From Barthelona sp. PAP020 (Eukaryota): a stretch of 20,000 nt of DNA. The notes under the pieces are model-generated. The model was not told the origin of the DNA. It saw only the letters and a list, made by a program, of their open reading frames with translations, and did no database searches. The stretch lies in assembly GCA_040182905.1 (NCBI GenBank), contig JARQWU010000010.1, positions 48,947 to 68,946 on the forward strand, read 5' to 3'. A program made the translations under genes and the position numbers. Shown in pieces: positions 1 to 9,700 of this stretch. Within the stretch, counting starts at the first letter, position 1. Every line of letters starts with the position of its first letter.

Positions 1-389
1 ATAATATCTCCAACACTGTAAGTTATCAATTCAGGAAAATATTTTATCAACAAAGTTAATGATTTAATCAATAAAACTTGATTATTTTCTGGTATTTGAG
101 GATAAAAATACCTCCAAACTTCCAAATATTCCTCAATTGGAAAGACATTGTTTAACATCAAAAATACAATTTTACAACGTTCCTCCCAAATATCAACCGG
201 AACATCTGAACATGCTGTAGATAATAATATTGCTCCTATAGAACCAACTACTAAAGTTCCATCCCCAAATATGATATCCTCAATTTCCAAAATGGGTAAA
301 TTATCCTTTTTCAAATTATTTGCCTTTTCTAACAATAATTCAACCGATTTTCTTCCGGATTTAACAAGTCCAAAAATGGGATATGTCAT
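1..389 (-). CDS. Partial (runs off window start) hypothetical protein; weak resemblance to RasGEF N-terminal (REM) domain
   Basis: Not in the ORF track. My translation from ATG at 389 is open to the window edge: MTYPIFGLVKSGRKSVELLLEK...LVVGSIGAILL...IVFLMLNNVFPIEEYLEVWRYFY...LLIKSLTLLIKYFPEL. T-rich tract precedes the ATG. The REM similarity is by eye only and weak. Confidence 0.7.
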   Translation of the reverse strand, partial: MTYPIFGLVKSGRKSVELLLEKANNLKKDNLPILEIEDIIFGDGTLVVGSIGAILLSTACSDVPVDIWEERCKIVFLMLNNVFPIEEYLEVWRYFYPQIPENNQVLLIKSLTLLIKYFPELITYSVGDI

Positions 390-411
390 CAACAAACAAA
401 AATCTAATTAT

Positions 412-879
412 TTATATTATTCTCAATAGGTTGAGCTCTTCTTCAATTCTCTTTTGTTCATCAACAGTAAAATCATTTTTTTCATCAAAAATATCGCGAA
501 TATCCTCAATAGACATAGATTTCATTAGTTTTCCAAGTTTTTCACAACAAATATCTAACATGTAATCAAATTCCAATTGACTCGCAATATCTATTAATTC
601 TATTAATTCTGATGTTGTTACATTGGTGAAATCACCCATAAACTGAATTAATTCAGCATCAAAAATAAAATCATGATCACTTTTTCTTTTGGCTATAGAA
701 TGATCAAATTCAAGAGCTTTTGCAACTTTTTCAAAAGATTTAACATCAATAAATGGTATTTCAATTTGGTTACCATTTTTTTCAATTTGTTTCGCAATAT
801 ATCGGGATATACAAGCTTGTTCTTTGTCTAGTTGAACAGTTTTGTTATCATTCAAAAGAACAGTGACAAAATTTGACAT
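412..879 (-). CDS. Skp1-like protein (divergent), 155 aa
   Basis: Skp1 pattern: N-terminal POZ-like part (VTVLLNDNKTVQLDKEQACISRYI...IEIPFIDVKSFEKV) and C-terminal F-box-binding part (LIELIDIASQLEFDYMLDICCEKLGKLMKSMSIEDIRDIFDEKNDFTVDEQKRIEEE). ATG 879 preferred over 912 because the extra 11 codons are just the upstream T-tract. Confidence 0.88.
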   Translation of the reverse strand: MSNFVTVLLNDNKTVQLDKEQACISRYIAKQIEKNGNQIEIPFIDVKSFEKVAKALEFDHSIAKRKSDHDFIFDAELIQFMGDFTNVTTSELIELIDIASQLEFDYMLDICCEKLGKLMKSMSIEDIRDIFDEKNDFTVDEQKRIEEELNLLRII

Positions 880-967
880 AGTTAAAGAAAAAAAAAAGGA
901 TATAAACAACATTTACATTTAAAGAGAAAATAAAGATCTAATATTATTCATTATGAGATGCAATGAG

Positions 968-1206
968 TCAAAAGAAAACAATTCTAAAAATCACAAAAAA
1001 GGTAAAAACTATCGAACTTACAATTTGATTAAAGAATCAATAATATTAGAATCATTTAATTCAAGAGAAATGTTTGGAATAATGGGTGCATGATTAGAAA
1101 TGATTTCTTCGTGAGCATCAACAAATAGTTTTTCCGAAATATCATAAACAAACCATTCTTTATCGGCAAATTCAAGAAGAATGTTATTGTTGCTCAACCA
1201 TGACAT
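968..1206 (-). CDS. Possible small protein (62 aa unspliced ending 1018, or 66 aa with a 38-nt intron at 984-1021)
   Basis: ORF MSWLSNNN...SLIKL. The ATG is preceded by a T-tract like those of the other genes. The stop lies inside a perfect GTAAGT donor followed by a 38-nt ...TTTTTAG segment. No recognisable homology. Confidence 0.4.
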
Positions 1207-1244
1207 TGAAAAATTAAGAAATAATTATTCTCATTTCATTTTTG

Positions 1245-2396
1245 ATGTCTCAAATTACCAGTTTTTTAGAAGATGTTCAGGAAAAGAGAGGTTTACCAGC
1301 TGCATGTATATTTGCAATAGGATTTCCGAATGCTACAACAACAGAACAAATTCGTTCACATTTTCAAACGGCTGGACCAATATTAGATGTTAAACGAAAA
1401 AAGGACAAAGAGAATAATGTGTATTGCTTTGTTCAATTCGAAAATCCTGCAGATGCACAGGCTGTTGTTTCGATTGTAGATTTTCATCAATTTAATCCGG
1501 AGTGTGCACTTCGATTGGAATTTGCAAATATAAATACAACATTGTTTGTGGGAAATATTGAAAACAAAACACTTGATGAGATAAGTAGTGCTTTTTCGGC
1601 ATTTGGTCCTCTTGAACATGTCTCAATCAAAAATAATGAGACTTCTGGTTTTGCATTTGTAACTTTTAAATATCGGGAAGATGCTAATGAGGCATTTCTT
1701 TGGTTTTCACAGAGTAGTAACAGTTCATTTAAAGTACAGTGGTCGAGGAAATCCAGACTTTCTATTTTAAGAAGAAACACATTATTTATAGGTGGAATGA
1801 ATCTCAGTACAACAGAGAGTTCCCTTGAAAGTATTTTTTCTGAATACGCAACAATTTCAAGAGTTTCCGTTGTAAGTTCCTCTAGCAATTCAGGATTAGG
1901 TTTTGGATTTGTTGAATTTTCATTTAAAGATGAAGAAGATTCGGAAGAAATATTGGCACGTGCTATTGCTGAAAAGAACGATTTTATTTTAGATGGAAAT
2001 GCCATTCGTGTTCAACATATTCAAAAGAAAGCCAAAAATCCAAAGTTAGCGCATATTCAATACACAGATAAGACTCACAAGAAAGAAAGAAAAAAAAATA
2101 ACAACAAAAATCAAAATCAAAAAACAAACACAATAAATTCCGAAATTATCACTTCTGATACCGAATTTTTGAGTGTCAATACTGGTGTGCCGTTTCATTC
2201 TGACCATGATAGTTCTTCTTTTTCAGACAATACTCTTTCATTTAATTTTACTGAAGAAGAATTCGGTTTACCTGATTCATCTTTTGGGTCCAGTGATTTA
2301 TTTGACAGTCAAGTGACAAATTTAATTTCCACCATGTCAACAATAGAATTAAGTTCAGATGATTACACTTTTGACACCTCTGCGTTGTTTATTTAG
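1245..2396 (+). CDS. RNA-binding protein with three RRM domains and an acidic/Ser-rich C-terminal tail, 383 aa
   Basis: RNP2/RNP1 pairs: CIFAIGF / YCFVQF, TLFVGNI / GFAFVTF, TLFIGGM / GFGFVEF. First ATG is at 1245 (1242 is TTG). Confidence 0.9.
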   Translation: MSQITSFLEDVQEKRGLPAACIFAIGFPNATTTEQIRSHFQTAGPILDVKRKKDKENNVYCFVQFENPADAQAVVSIVDFHQFNPECALRLEFANINTTLFVGNIENKTLDEISSAFSAFGPLEHVSIKNNETSGFAFVTFKYREDANEAFLWFSQSSNSSFKVQWSRKSRLSILRRNTLFIGGMNLSTTESSLESIFSEYATISRVSVVSSSSNSGLGFGFVEFSFKDEEDSEEILARAIAEKNDFILDGNAIRVQHIQKKAKNPKLAHIQYTDKTHKKERKKNNNKNQNQKTNTINSEIITSDTEFLSVNTGVPFHSDHDSSSFSDNTLSFNFTEEEFGLPDSSFGSSDLFDSQVTNLISTMSTIELSSDDYTFDTSALFI

Positions 2397-2470
2397 AAAC
2401 ATCAACAAAAGTGTTTGTAAAAGTCTTTATTTAAACTTTTTTTTTTTTTCTGTTCAAGATAATCAGCACA

Positions 2471-2869
2471 ATGAATTTAAAGTTCATATGTCTTTGTTTG
2501 ATTTGTTTATCATTCTGTATGTGTGAAAATGAAAAACTAAAAATTGGTTTATTGAAAAAAGTTCCAGATTGTGAAAGAAAGGCAAGAATAGGTGATACAA
2601 TCAGTGTACATTATGCTGGTCATGTTCGTGGACAAGATGAAGACTTTGATAATTCCTACAAACGTGGTGAACCTTTTTCATTTGTTTTGGGTCAAAATCG
2701 TGTGATTCAAGGTTGGGAAAAAGGTTTGTTGGGTTCTTGTGTTGGAGAAAAAAGAAGATTAACCATTCCTCCTAGATTTGGCTATGGTGATAATGATGTT
2801 GGTGATGGTTTGATTCCTGGTGGCAGTACATTAATTTTTGATGTTGAAGTTATGGATATTTCTCGTTAA
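2471..2869 (+). CDS. FKBP-type peptidyl-prolyl isomerase with signal peptide (FKBP2/FKBP13-like), 132 aa
   Basis: Hydrophobic N-terminus; GDTISVHYAG, FDNSYKRGEPFSFVLGQNRVIQGWEKGL, GEKRRLTIPPRFGYG, IPGGSTLIFDVEV. Cys pair typical of ER FKBP2. No KDEL/HDEL. Confidence 0.95.
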   Translation: MNLKFICLCLICLSFCMCENEKLKIGLLKKVPDCERKARIGDTISVHYAGHVRGQDEDFDNSYKRGEPFSFVLGQNRVIQGWEKGLLGSCVGEKRRLTIPPRFGYGDNDVGDGLIPGGSTLIFDVEVMDISR

Positions 2870-3089
2870 TGTAAAATGGATTTTCGTTTTTATTTTGCTT
2901 TCCTCTCAATATATTCAGAGAGAGTAAAAAAATATATCTTTGTCCATTTTCTTGTTTTTACCGATACAAGGTCTTTTAACATGGAAAATATTCATGAAAT
3001 ATTTCAAATTGCAAATCAAAGATAAAACATCTATTAAAACAGATCCTGTTTGCAGATAAAGAATAAATCCACTATGCTAAATTGCCTCA

Positions 3090-3602
3090 TTGTCTTAAAT
3101 TGACCAATGAACTGAATTCTTTCCTTTCAGAGAGCAAGGTAGAATTTACAAATTATATTTTGGAAGTATTTATTCATCTCATATTCTCATGTTCCCTTTG
3201 AACAAAATGAAGATTCAAAAGAAATGGGATAAAGAAGGGTGAAGAAATGATGATATGTTGAAAACTTATTTCCATGCCAAGAAGCACTGTGCGAATGAGT
3301 GAATAAGAAAGAATAGTGTTTATTTGGTAAAAGGCTTTCGAGGCCTGATTGATCTGTTGAAAAACTTTAGATTTTCTAAGGTAAAGTTTAAACTTTAAAA
3401 TTTTGCTTTTGCAAAAATTCAAAAAAAATAGGAATGAAGAATTTCTCCGAAATTCTCCCACTTGATCGTTTCAATTACATTTCAGTACCTCAATTCCCCT
3501 CCTGGGATTTTGACTGAAATTTGCTAGAATGAGTTTTCTGAGTTTACTTTCTTTGTAAATATTTAATTTCATTTCTTATGTTTCATTGGACTTCTTTGAC
3601 AA
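3090..3602 (+). ncRNA. Candidate structured non-coding RNA (family unassigned; ends uncertain)
   Basis: No convincing ORF. Nested complementary segments 3104-3111/3582-3589, 3144-3152/3552-3560, 3162-3168/3545-3551 and 3170-3182/3295-3306, plus several local hairpins. G-U pairs mostly favour the + strand. Confidence 0.35.
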
Positions 3603-3702
3603 AGTATCTAGACCTAAAAAATTCCTTAATTTGATGGATAAAAAGAATTTGTGTTCACTCCTAGACATGGTGCATCTTTACGTGGAAAAAAATAATAGGT
3701 AG

Positions 3703-3750
3703 TTTATATTTTATTTTATTTATTTTTATTTTATTTATTTTTATTTTATT
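3703..3750. repeat. Imperfect (TTTTA)n low-complexity tract
   Basis: tttatattttattttatttatttttattttatttatttttattttatt. Confidence 0.8.
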
Positions 3751-3817
3751 CTTAAACATTTAACAACGATGAAAATCAAATTGGGTTTTGTAAGAACCAA
3801 GTAAAAAAAAAAAACAT

Positions 3818-5432
3818 TTATAAATTCAATGGCTGAACTTGTTTTCCAGACTTTCTCAACAAATGTAAAACCTTTTTTAATTTTTTTCTGGCTCCAGGTA
3901 CCAACAAAGCAATATCTAACAAATCTTCTTCAATCAACTTGTTTTCCTTCAACCAATTCAGACATAAATTTACACAAAACTTATTGTCTCTGTTCTTTAC
4001 AAAAACGATTGATTTCCCTTTATGTAAACCTCTCCCTGTTCTACCAATGCGATGAATATATGTGTGGTAATCTTGAGGAGCATCAAAAATAATCACAGTA
4101 TTGACTGAGGGTATATCCAAACCTCTTCCAATTAAATCAGTACACACCATTATTCCACCAGTTCTTTTGAAATCATTGAGAATAGTGCGTCTTTCAACAG
4201 TAGACTTATCTCCATGAATACAATAAACGATATCCCATACTTTTTTGAAACGAATCGCTAAAAGTTCTGTGTCATCTTTTTGAGAAACAAAAACCAACAC
4301 ACTTCCAGCCAATAAAAATTGTTCCATGTTTGTGACTAACCACTCCAATTTATCATTCATACTTTGAACAACAACACAGTTTTGATCAATGAGAGCATGC
4401 TCCATATTCAATCCAACATTAATTTCCACTGACTTTCCTAACATTCTATGCAAAACGTCCCGAGTAAAATCAGATAATGTAGCTGTACAACAGACAAGTT
4501 GAGCATCTTTTCTTAAATTGCGATATATATTCAAAATTTGTTTCTCAAAATTCAATTCCAGCATTCTATCCACTTCATCAAACACCACATACGAGACTTC
4601 ATCAAGTCGCAAAATTTTTTGAGCTAAGATGTCAATTAATCTTCCTGGTGTGGATATTATTAAATGGCATGCAAATTTCTTCAGATATGAACTTTGAGCA
4701 AACTTGCTCTCACCACCCACCAAAGAAAACGAAACGTACTGAAGAGAATCAAAGTACGTTGATGCAACACTTAATATTTGTTCAGCAAGATCTTTAGTAG
4801 GAACAACAACCAACGCTATTGGTCCTTTATCAACGGTTTGATTGAAATGATTCAACATCGGCAAAAGAAAAGCTAATGTCTTTCCTAAACAATTAGAAAA
4901 TTTTGTGTAATCATGAGTTACCTTTTCCTGTTGGACCTACAATAATGGTATTGTGTCCTTTTTGAATAACAGGAATACCTTGCGATTGACATGGTAAAGG
5001 AGGTGCTAAACCATTCTCAATCAACTTTTCAACAATCAAATATGGCAAATTCATATCTTCCCAATTGAAAAAGGGGTTGATATTCTTTGAGCAACTAACG
5101 TCATTCACCATTCTCCATGCTTCAATGTCATGAATATCAACTTCATCTGATAAAGGTTGATAAAAATTATTATTTATGGGATTAAGGGGTTGAATTGTAT
5201 TCAATTCCAAAATATCATCAATTGACTTTTTGAAATGAGATTCTTCATCAATATCACTGTACACTTCTTCCTCATCTTCAAAATTTGGCACTCTTTTTAA
5301 TCCATTGAACGAATTAATATGATTATTCTCATCAACTTCAACATTGGAAAATGAATATTTCTTCTCGATTTGCTCTTCTTTTATTTCATTTTTTTCAAAA
5401 AAGGCATCAAAATCATCAAAATCATCATTCAT
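3818..5432 (-). CDS. DDX42: DEAD-box RNA helicase, DDX42 (SF3b125)-like; 2 exons (5432-4922, 4884-3818), 525 aa
   Basis: Removing a 37-nt intron joins two track ORFs and rebuilds motif I (GPTGKGKTLAFLLP). Also PTKDLA, TPGRLID, DEVD, HGDK, RGLDI, HRIGRTGR. KLEWLVTNMEQFLLAGSVLVFVSQK matches the DDX42-type segment (KWxWL...F...GSVLLFV). Confidence 0.88.
4885..4921 (-). other. Spliceosomal intron, 37 nt
   Basis: GTAACT...TTCTAAT-TGTTTAG; removal restores the Walker A motif. Confidence 0.95.
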
Positions 5433-5487
5433 ATAAAAAAATAGCCAAAAAAAAAAAACCTCGCTTGTTTACAATAAACTAAACAAA

Positions 5488-6768
5488 TTAAGTTCTAAAT
5501 AACTTCGCCAGTTGAAAAATTTGTTCATCATCAAAGGATAACTCCTGTTGAGAATTATTTTGATAAGGTTTTACACGACAAGAATAACAACAAGGAATAA
5601 TAACATCTTCAGACCAAATTAAACGTAAATCATCTAAAATTCTTCTTGCTTGAGTATTTTCTTGAATAATTCTTGGGTCAATATCAGTTGAATACGCTAA
5701 AAGATAAGAAACATTGTTTATATCGAAAAATTGAGGTTGCACTAGCAAAGAATATTGAACGAAACTGAAAATCATGCACTCATGAAGTGCTTGTAACTGG
5801 TACTCTACAATTTCAAAAGAATAACTTTTAAAAAGTTCCAAAACTGGCAATAACCATTCCATTTCAACACAAATAACCTTACTTGATGGAATTACAGAAG
5901 ACAATCTCCTTTTTCCTGTGTTTCCCACTTGAAGCAATCTCAATTCTAAAAAATTAATGAATGTTTTTTTTGCTTGTGTCAACAACATGTTTATTTCCCG
6001 GTTGTAATTTTCATTTTTTTGAAAAAACTGATGATAATACAGTATCGATAAAAAAAGGCCAACCATTTCCAACTGGGAAGTTCCAGCAAAATCTGAGGAA
6101 TAATGGCTCAAATGATTTTGCAACTCATCATGTACAACAGATCTAAGTGAATCATTATCAATCAATTTACTTGCATCAAGATATTTCCCAATAAATGGAG
6201 AGGCAATTCCATATTCAAAAATATCCAATAAAGATGGTTGAAAAGTGTGAGGTATATTATATATTTTTAGAGTAAACTTTTCAAAATAAGAAAATGAATT
6301 GAGTGGGATTAAAAATTGTCTCAAATACAATTGAGTAAATTTAAATTTTAATAGAATTTTATATTGTTCAATTAGAGTTGCAATGGGTAAATAATTAATG
6401 GTATTAAAAATCTTTTTGAAAGATTCTTCTAATTGATTCAAAAATTCATTTTGGGGAATTTCTAAAACTTTCATGGAATTTTGAATGTCTAAAATAATAC
6501 AACACCAAGTATAAAGCAGCTCATTTGAATTTGCATACATTTTAATTGCATGACAAAAATTATCAGATAATTTAAAAAAATATTTCATAAAAGTCATCCA
6601 ATAATCAATTTGTGCTTGTTTAGGAATAAAAACTTCCAATTTTTTTGTGTTATTTTCCATTTTAAAAATTGAATGTTTAAAATGAATAAATGTTTTGGAG
6701 ATACTCATATTGATGGATTTGTCACCATCTAAATGTTCAAGAAATGATTTTAAAGAAATGCATTGCAT
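5488..6768 (-). CDS. Hypothetical protein, probably alpha-helical, 426 aa
   Basis: Long uninterrupted ORF. First ATG is at 6768 (6771 is TTG) directly after a T10 tract. No motif recognised. Confidence 0.8.
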   Translation of the reverse strand: MQCISLKSFLEHLDGDKSINMSISKTFIHFKHSIFKMENNTKKLEVFIPKQAQIDYWMTFMKYFFKLSDNFCHAIKMYANSNELLYTWCCIILDIQNSMKVLEIPQNEFLNQLEESFKKIFNTINYLPIATLIEQYKILLKFKFTQLYLRQFLIPLNSFSYFEKFTLKIYNIPHTFQPSLLDIFEYGIASPFIGKYLDASKLIDNDSLRSVVHDELQNHLSHYSSDFAGTSQLEMVGLFLSILYYHQFFQKNENYNREINMLLTQAKKTFINFLELRLLQVGNTGKRRLSSVIPSSKVICVEMEWLLPVLELFKSYSFEIVEYQLQALHECMIFSFVQYSLLVQPQFFDINNVSYLLAYSTDIDPRIIQENTQARRILDDLRLIWSEDVIIPCCYSCRVKPYQNNSQQELSFDDEQIFQLAKLFRT

Positions 6769-6792
6769 CAAAAAAAAAACCTTTTTTTACAA
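6769..6792. promoter_or_regulatory. 24-nt divergent spacer made of back-to-back T-tracts (putative bidirectional start element)
   Basis: C-A10-CC-T7-ACAA lies between ATG(-) 6768 and ATG(+) 6793. Confidence 0.55.
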
Positions 6793-9700
6793 ATGGATTT
6801 TGCTCTTGAGCAAGTACATCGGTTAGGCACTGAAGAAAGTGAAAAAGCAACTGAAGACATTAAGCAAATAGCCAAAGAGAACACAAGTTTTCCTTTTTGA
6901 TTAAAATCATATTCTAACATTGTAGATTGGCCATTTTTGTTGACAAAATTGTTGAAATCAGATGAAGTCTCTATTCAAGACAAAATGTTAGCTGGTACAT
7001 GCTTGGAACATTTTTTTGAAAGTCATTGGTCATCATTACTACCAAAATTTGATGAACCAGAAGTTTCTTTTGAGGATAAATCAACATTAATAGATGAAAT
7101 TTTAAACCTTTTAGCCAATTCTTCATTTCAATTGGTTAATGTTATTGTTCCATGTTTAGAAATTGTTGTTAAAGCTGAACCTGAGCAATTAGTTAAGATT
7201 TTGGACCAACTTTTGGAGATGTTATCGGATGAGAGTTATTATTCTTCTCAAGCTGTAATAAAAGGATGTTTTAAATCTTTGGCCACTGTTTGTTCATATT
7301 TAGATTCAGAGGACTTATTCGGAGATGAATCATACCTTGAAAACATTTTAGCTGTTACGATTGAATGGATTGAACGTTCAGATGATTCCAGATTGCAATA
7401 TCATTGTTTTAAAGTCATTAAAGAAATCATGCTTCACGTATGTTATATTCAAGAAGACCATACTAAAGATGAACAGGAAGGAATACATGAGCTTGTCAAT
7501 CAAATTATGGAAACTATCACTCCCCTATTAGTTAGTCACTTAACAATTGATTCAGAAATTGATATGAGTGATATGCCTGCTGGACATGCTTTATATTTCC
7601 TTCAAAAGTGCAAATATACTTGTTTTTCACTTGATTACAGTGTTCAAGTTATGATTATTGATATATTTAGAACCTTAATGGTTTCAATGCCTAATGTGAT
7701 GGTTAAACATGTTAATTTGGAGGTTGTTGGAAGTGTTTATGGAATACTTGCTAAAGCTTTTCCATTTCATTTATTTTGCAATATCTTTCACATTCCTGAA
7801 AGCTTGGAAGAAGAGTTAGCAGATTTACCAGATCCTGGTTATGATACAAAGGAAAGCAAAAGACCTTTGAGTAATCTGATATCAAATGCGTTTGATTTCT
7901 TTATGACTTTGATTGAAAAGGCTTGTTTTAGACATATGATACAAGGAGCCTTCAAGAATGTTTTAGATACTACTTTGATGTATTGTATGGTTGATTACTA
8001 TACTTTGGAATATTGGGGAAGATTTCCTGCTGAATTTAACACCGATATGGACGTTATTGCAACCATATACACTCCACGTGTTGCAGCTATCAGTTTTTTG
8101 CGTGAGGCTTGTGATAATGTTCCTAGAAGTGTGTGTGAAAATGTCAGTGAACATTTGATTACACAATGTGAAAGACTTAGCAGTGCTTTTGGCTTTGAAA
8201 CAGTTGAGGAGATGTTTATCAATGATAGAACTATTGAAGTATTGTTGTCTTCTTTGGAAGGGTTAGATTTTTCTTCTTGGCCTGTTGATGAATTGGATAT
8301 TATCCGACAAATTGTTAACGCTAGTTCTTGGTTGCCATTTGAAGCATTGTTTATGTGCATGATGTCAATTGCTGATACATTGACAAATGAAAAATATGGA
8401 TTTGATAGTCAAGGATTTGCTGAGTTATTATTGGAACAAGCTTTAGAATTTGAAGAAGAACACGTTATTTCAAGAGCTTTTGTAGCATTGTCATACTTTA
8501 TCAGAGTTTTTGATGAAGAAGATAATATCAAGCGTTTTATTGATATGATTGTTCTTCATTTAGGTTCTGATGATGAATTAAAGCAAATATGTGGTTATTA
8601 TGCCATTTCCAAGATGAAAGAATCATTCTTTGAAATATCTGAAACAAAAGGTGCTCAATTGGCTCCTGTCTTCGCTCCTTATATTGAAGGAATATCCATA
8701 CATATATGCGAATTTCTTATCAATCTTCTGCCTGATGACGATGAAGCTAAATTGAAGGATAGTGATACTGAAACTTTGGGAACATTGCCTTTAGATGCTT
8801 TAAGTGCATTGATTTCGATGGATCCTGTCTCATTTTCTAAACAGATTGGAGATAATTTAATAACTATTGTTGAAGCTGTTATTCATATTTGGGAAAAGGC
8901 ACAAGCGTTGGCCTTTTTGGTACAAACATCCCAAGAGTGTATTTTTTGTTTGATGAATGATGAAGGTAGTGTACGTATTCTACAGGAGTTATTGTACCCC
9001 TTTTTAAAGAGAACAATCTTACGTATGCTAGATTTGGACACTAATATGTCTGAAGATGATTTAATTGTTGAATCAACAATTGCTGCCAACAGTTTAGCGA
9101 TTTTAGGCGATTTATTATGCAAATCACCCAAAACTGTTGATCTTTATGAACCTTTGGTTACTGAATTGTTTCCTTTGATTGGTTCTATTATTGAAAAAAC
9201 AGAAATTGACACTATCTTACAAAATGCATGTGAAACTTATAGATATTATGTTGTTGCATGTCATAGTCTACTTGGTGAAATGGATTTTGATGGTAATTCT
9301 GGTTTAGACCTATTTTTGATGGCTGCTGGAAAGTTATTAGATCCAGAAACACCAGAAGATTCTGCATATTATGTTGGAACCTATTTAGTTACTTTAACCC
9401 GTCATTATGCAGAACAACTAATTGAATCTGATGTGTTTAGTCAAATAATCATTATGATTACTGAAAGATTGATTCAAGCAAAAACAAAAAACAAAACTGG
9501 ATTTTTAAATTCTTTACTTTACTTTATTTTCTATATATTCAACACCTTAGATGTTAGTGCCTTGTGTGAAGTATTTGATTCTGTTGAATTACCAGATGGA
9601 TATCCTGATTATTCGATGAGTTCTTTTGTTTTAAGACTGTTAGGTGAAAGATTTGTCAATGTTCAAGGACATTTCTATGAACGAGTGGCTTCAAGTGCTG

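Noticed and set aside
148..565. Plus-strand ORFs 148-429 and 383-565
   Set aside because: Antisense shadows of the minus-strand genes; S/I/F-rich composition typical of reverse-frame translation.
1181..2005. ORFs 1181-1393, 1383-1619, 1487-2005
   Set aside because: Overlap the RRM gene in other frames or strand; no motifs.
3289..3297. U14 domain-A-like CATTCGCA on the minus strand
   Set aside because: No box C upstream, and no domain B/box D at the expected position.
3320..3345. U5 snRNA on the minus strand (GCCTTTTAC)
   Set aside because: Flanks cannot form stem 1 around the loop, and the nearest Sm-like AATTTTTG lies upstream, not downstream.
3174..3461. 95-aa minus ORF
   Set aside because: GTG start, no protein-like motif, composition reflects A/T runs.
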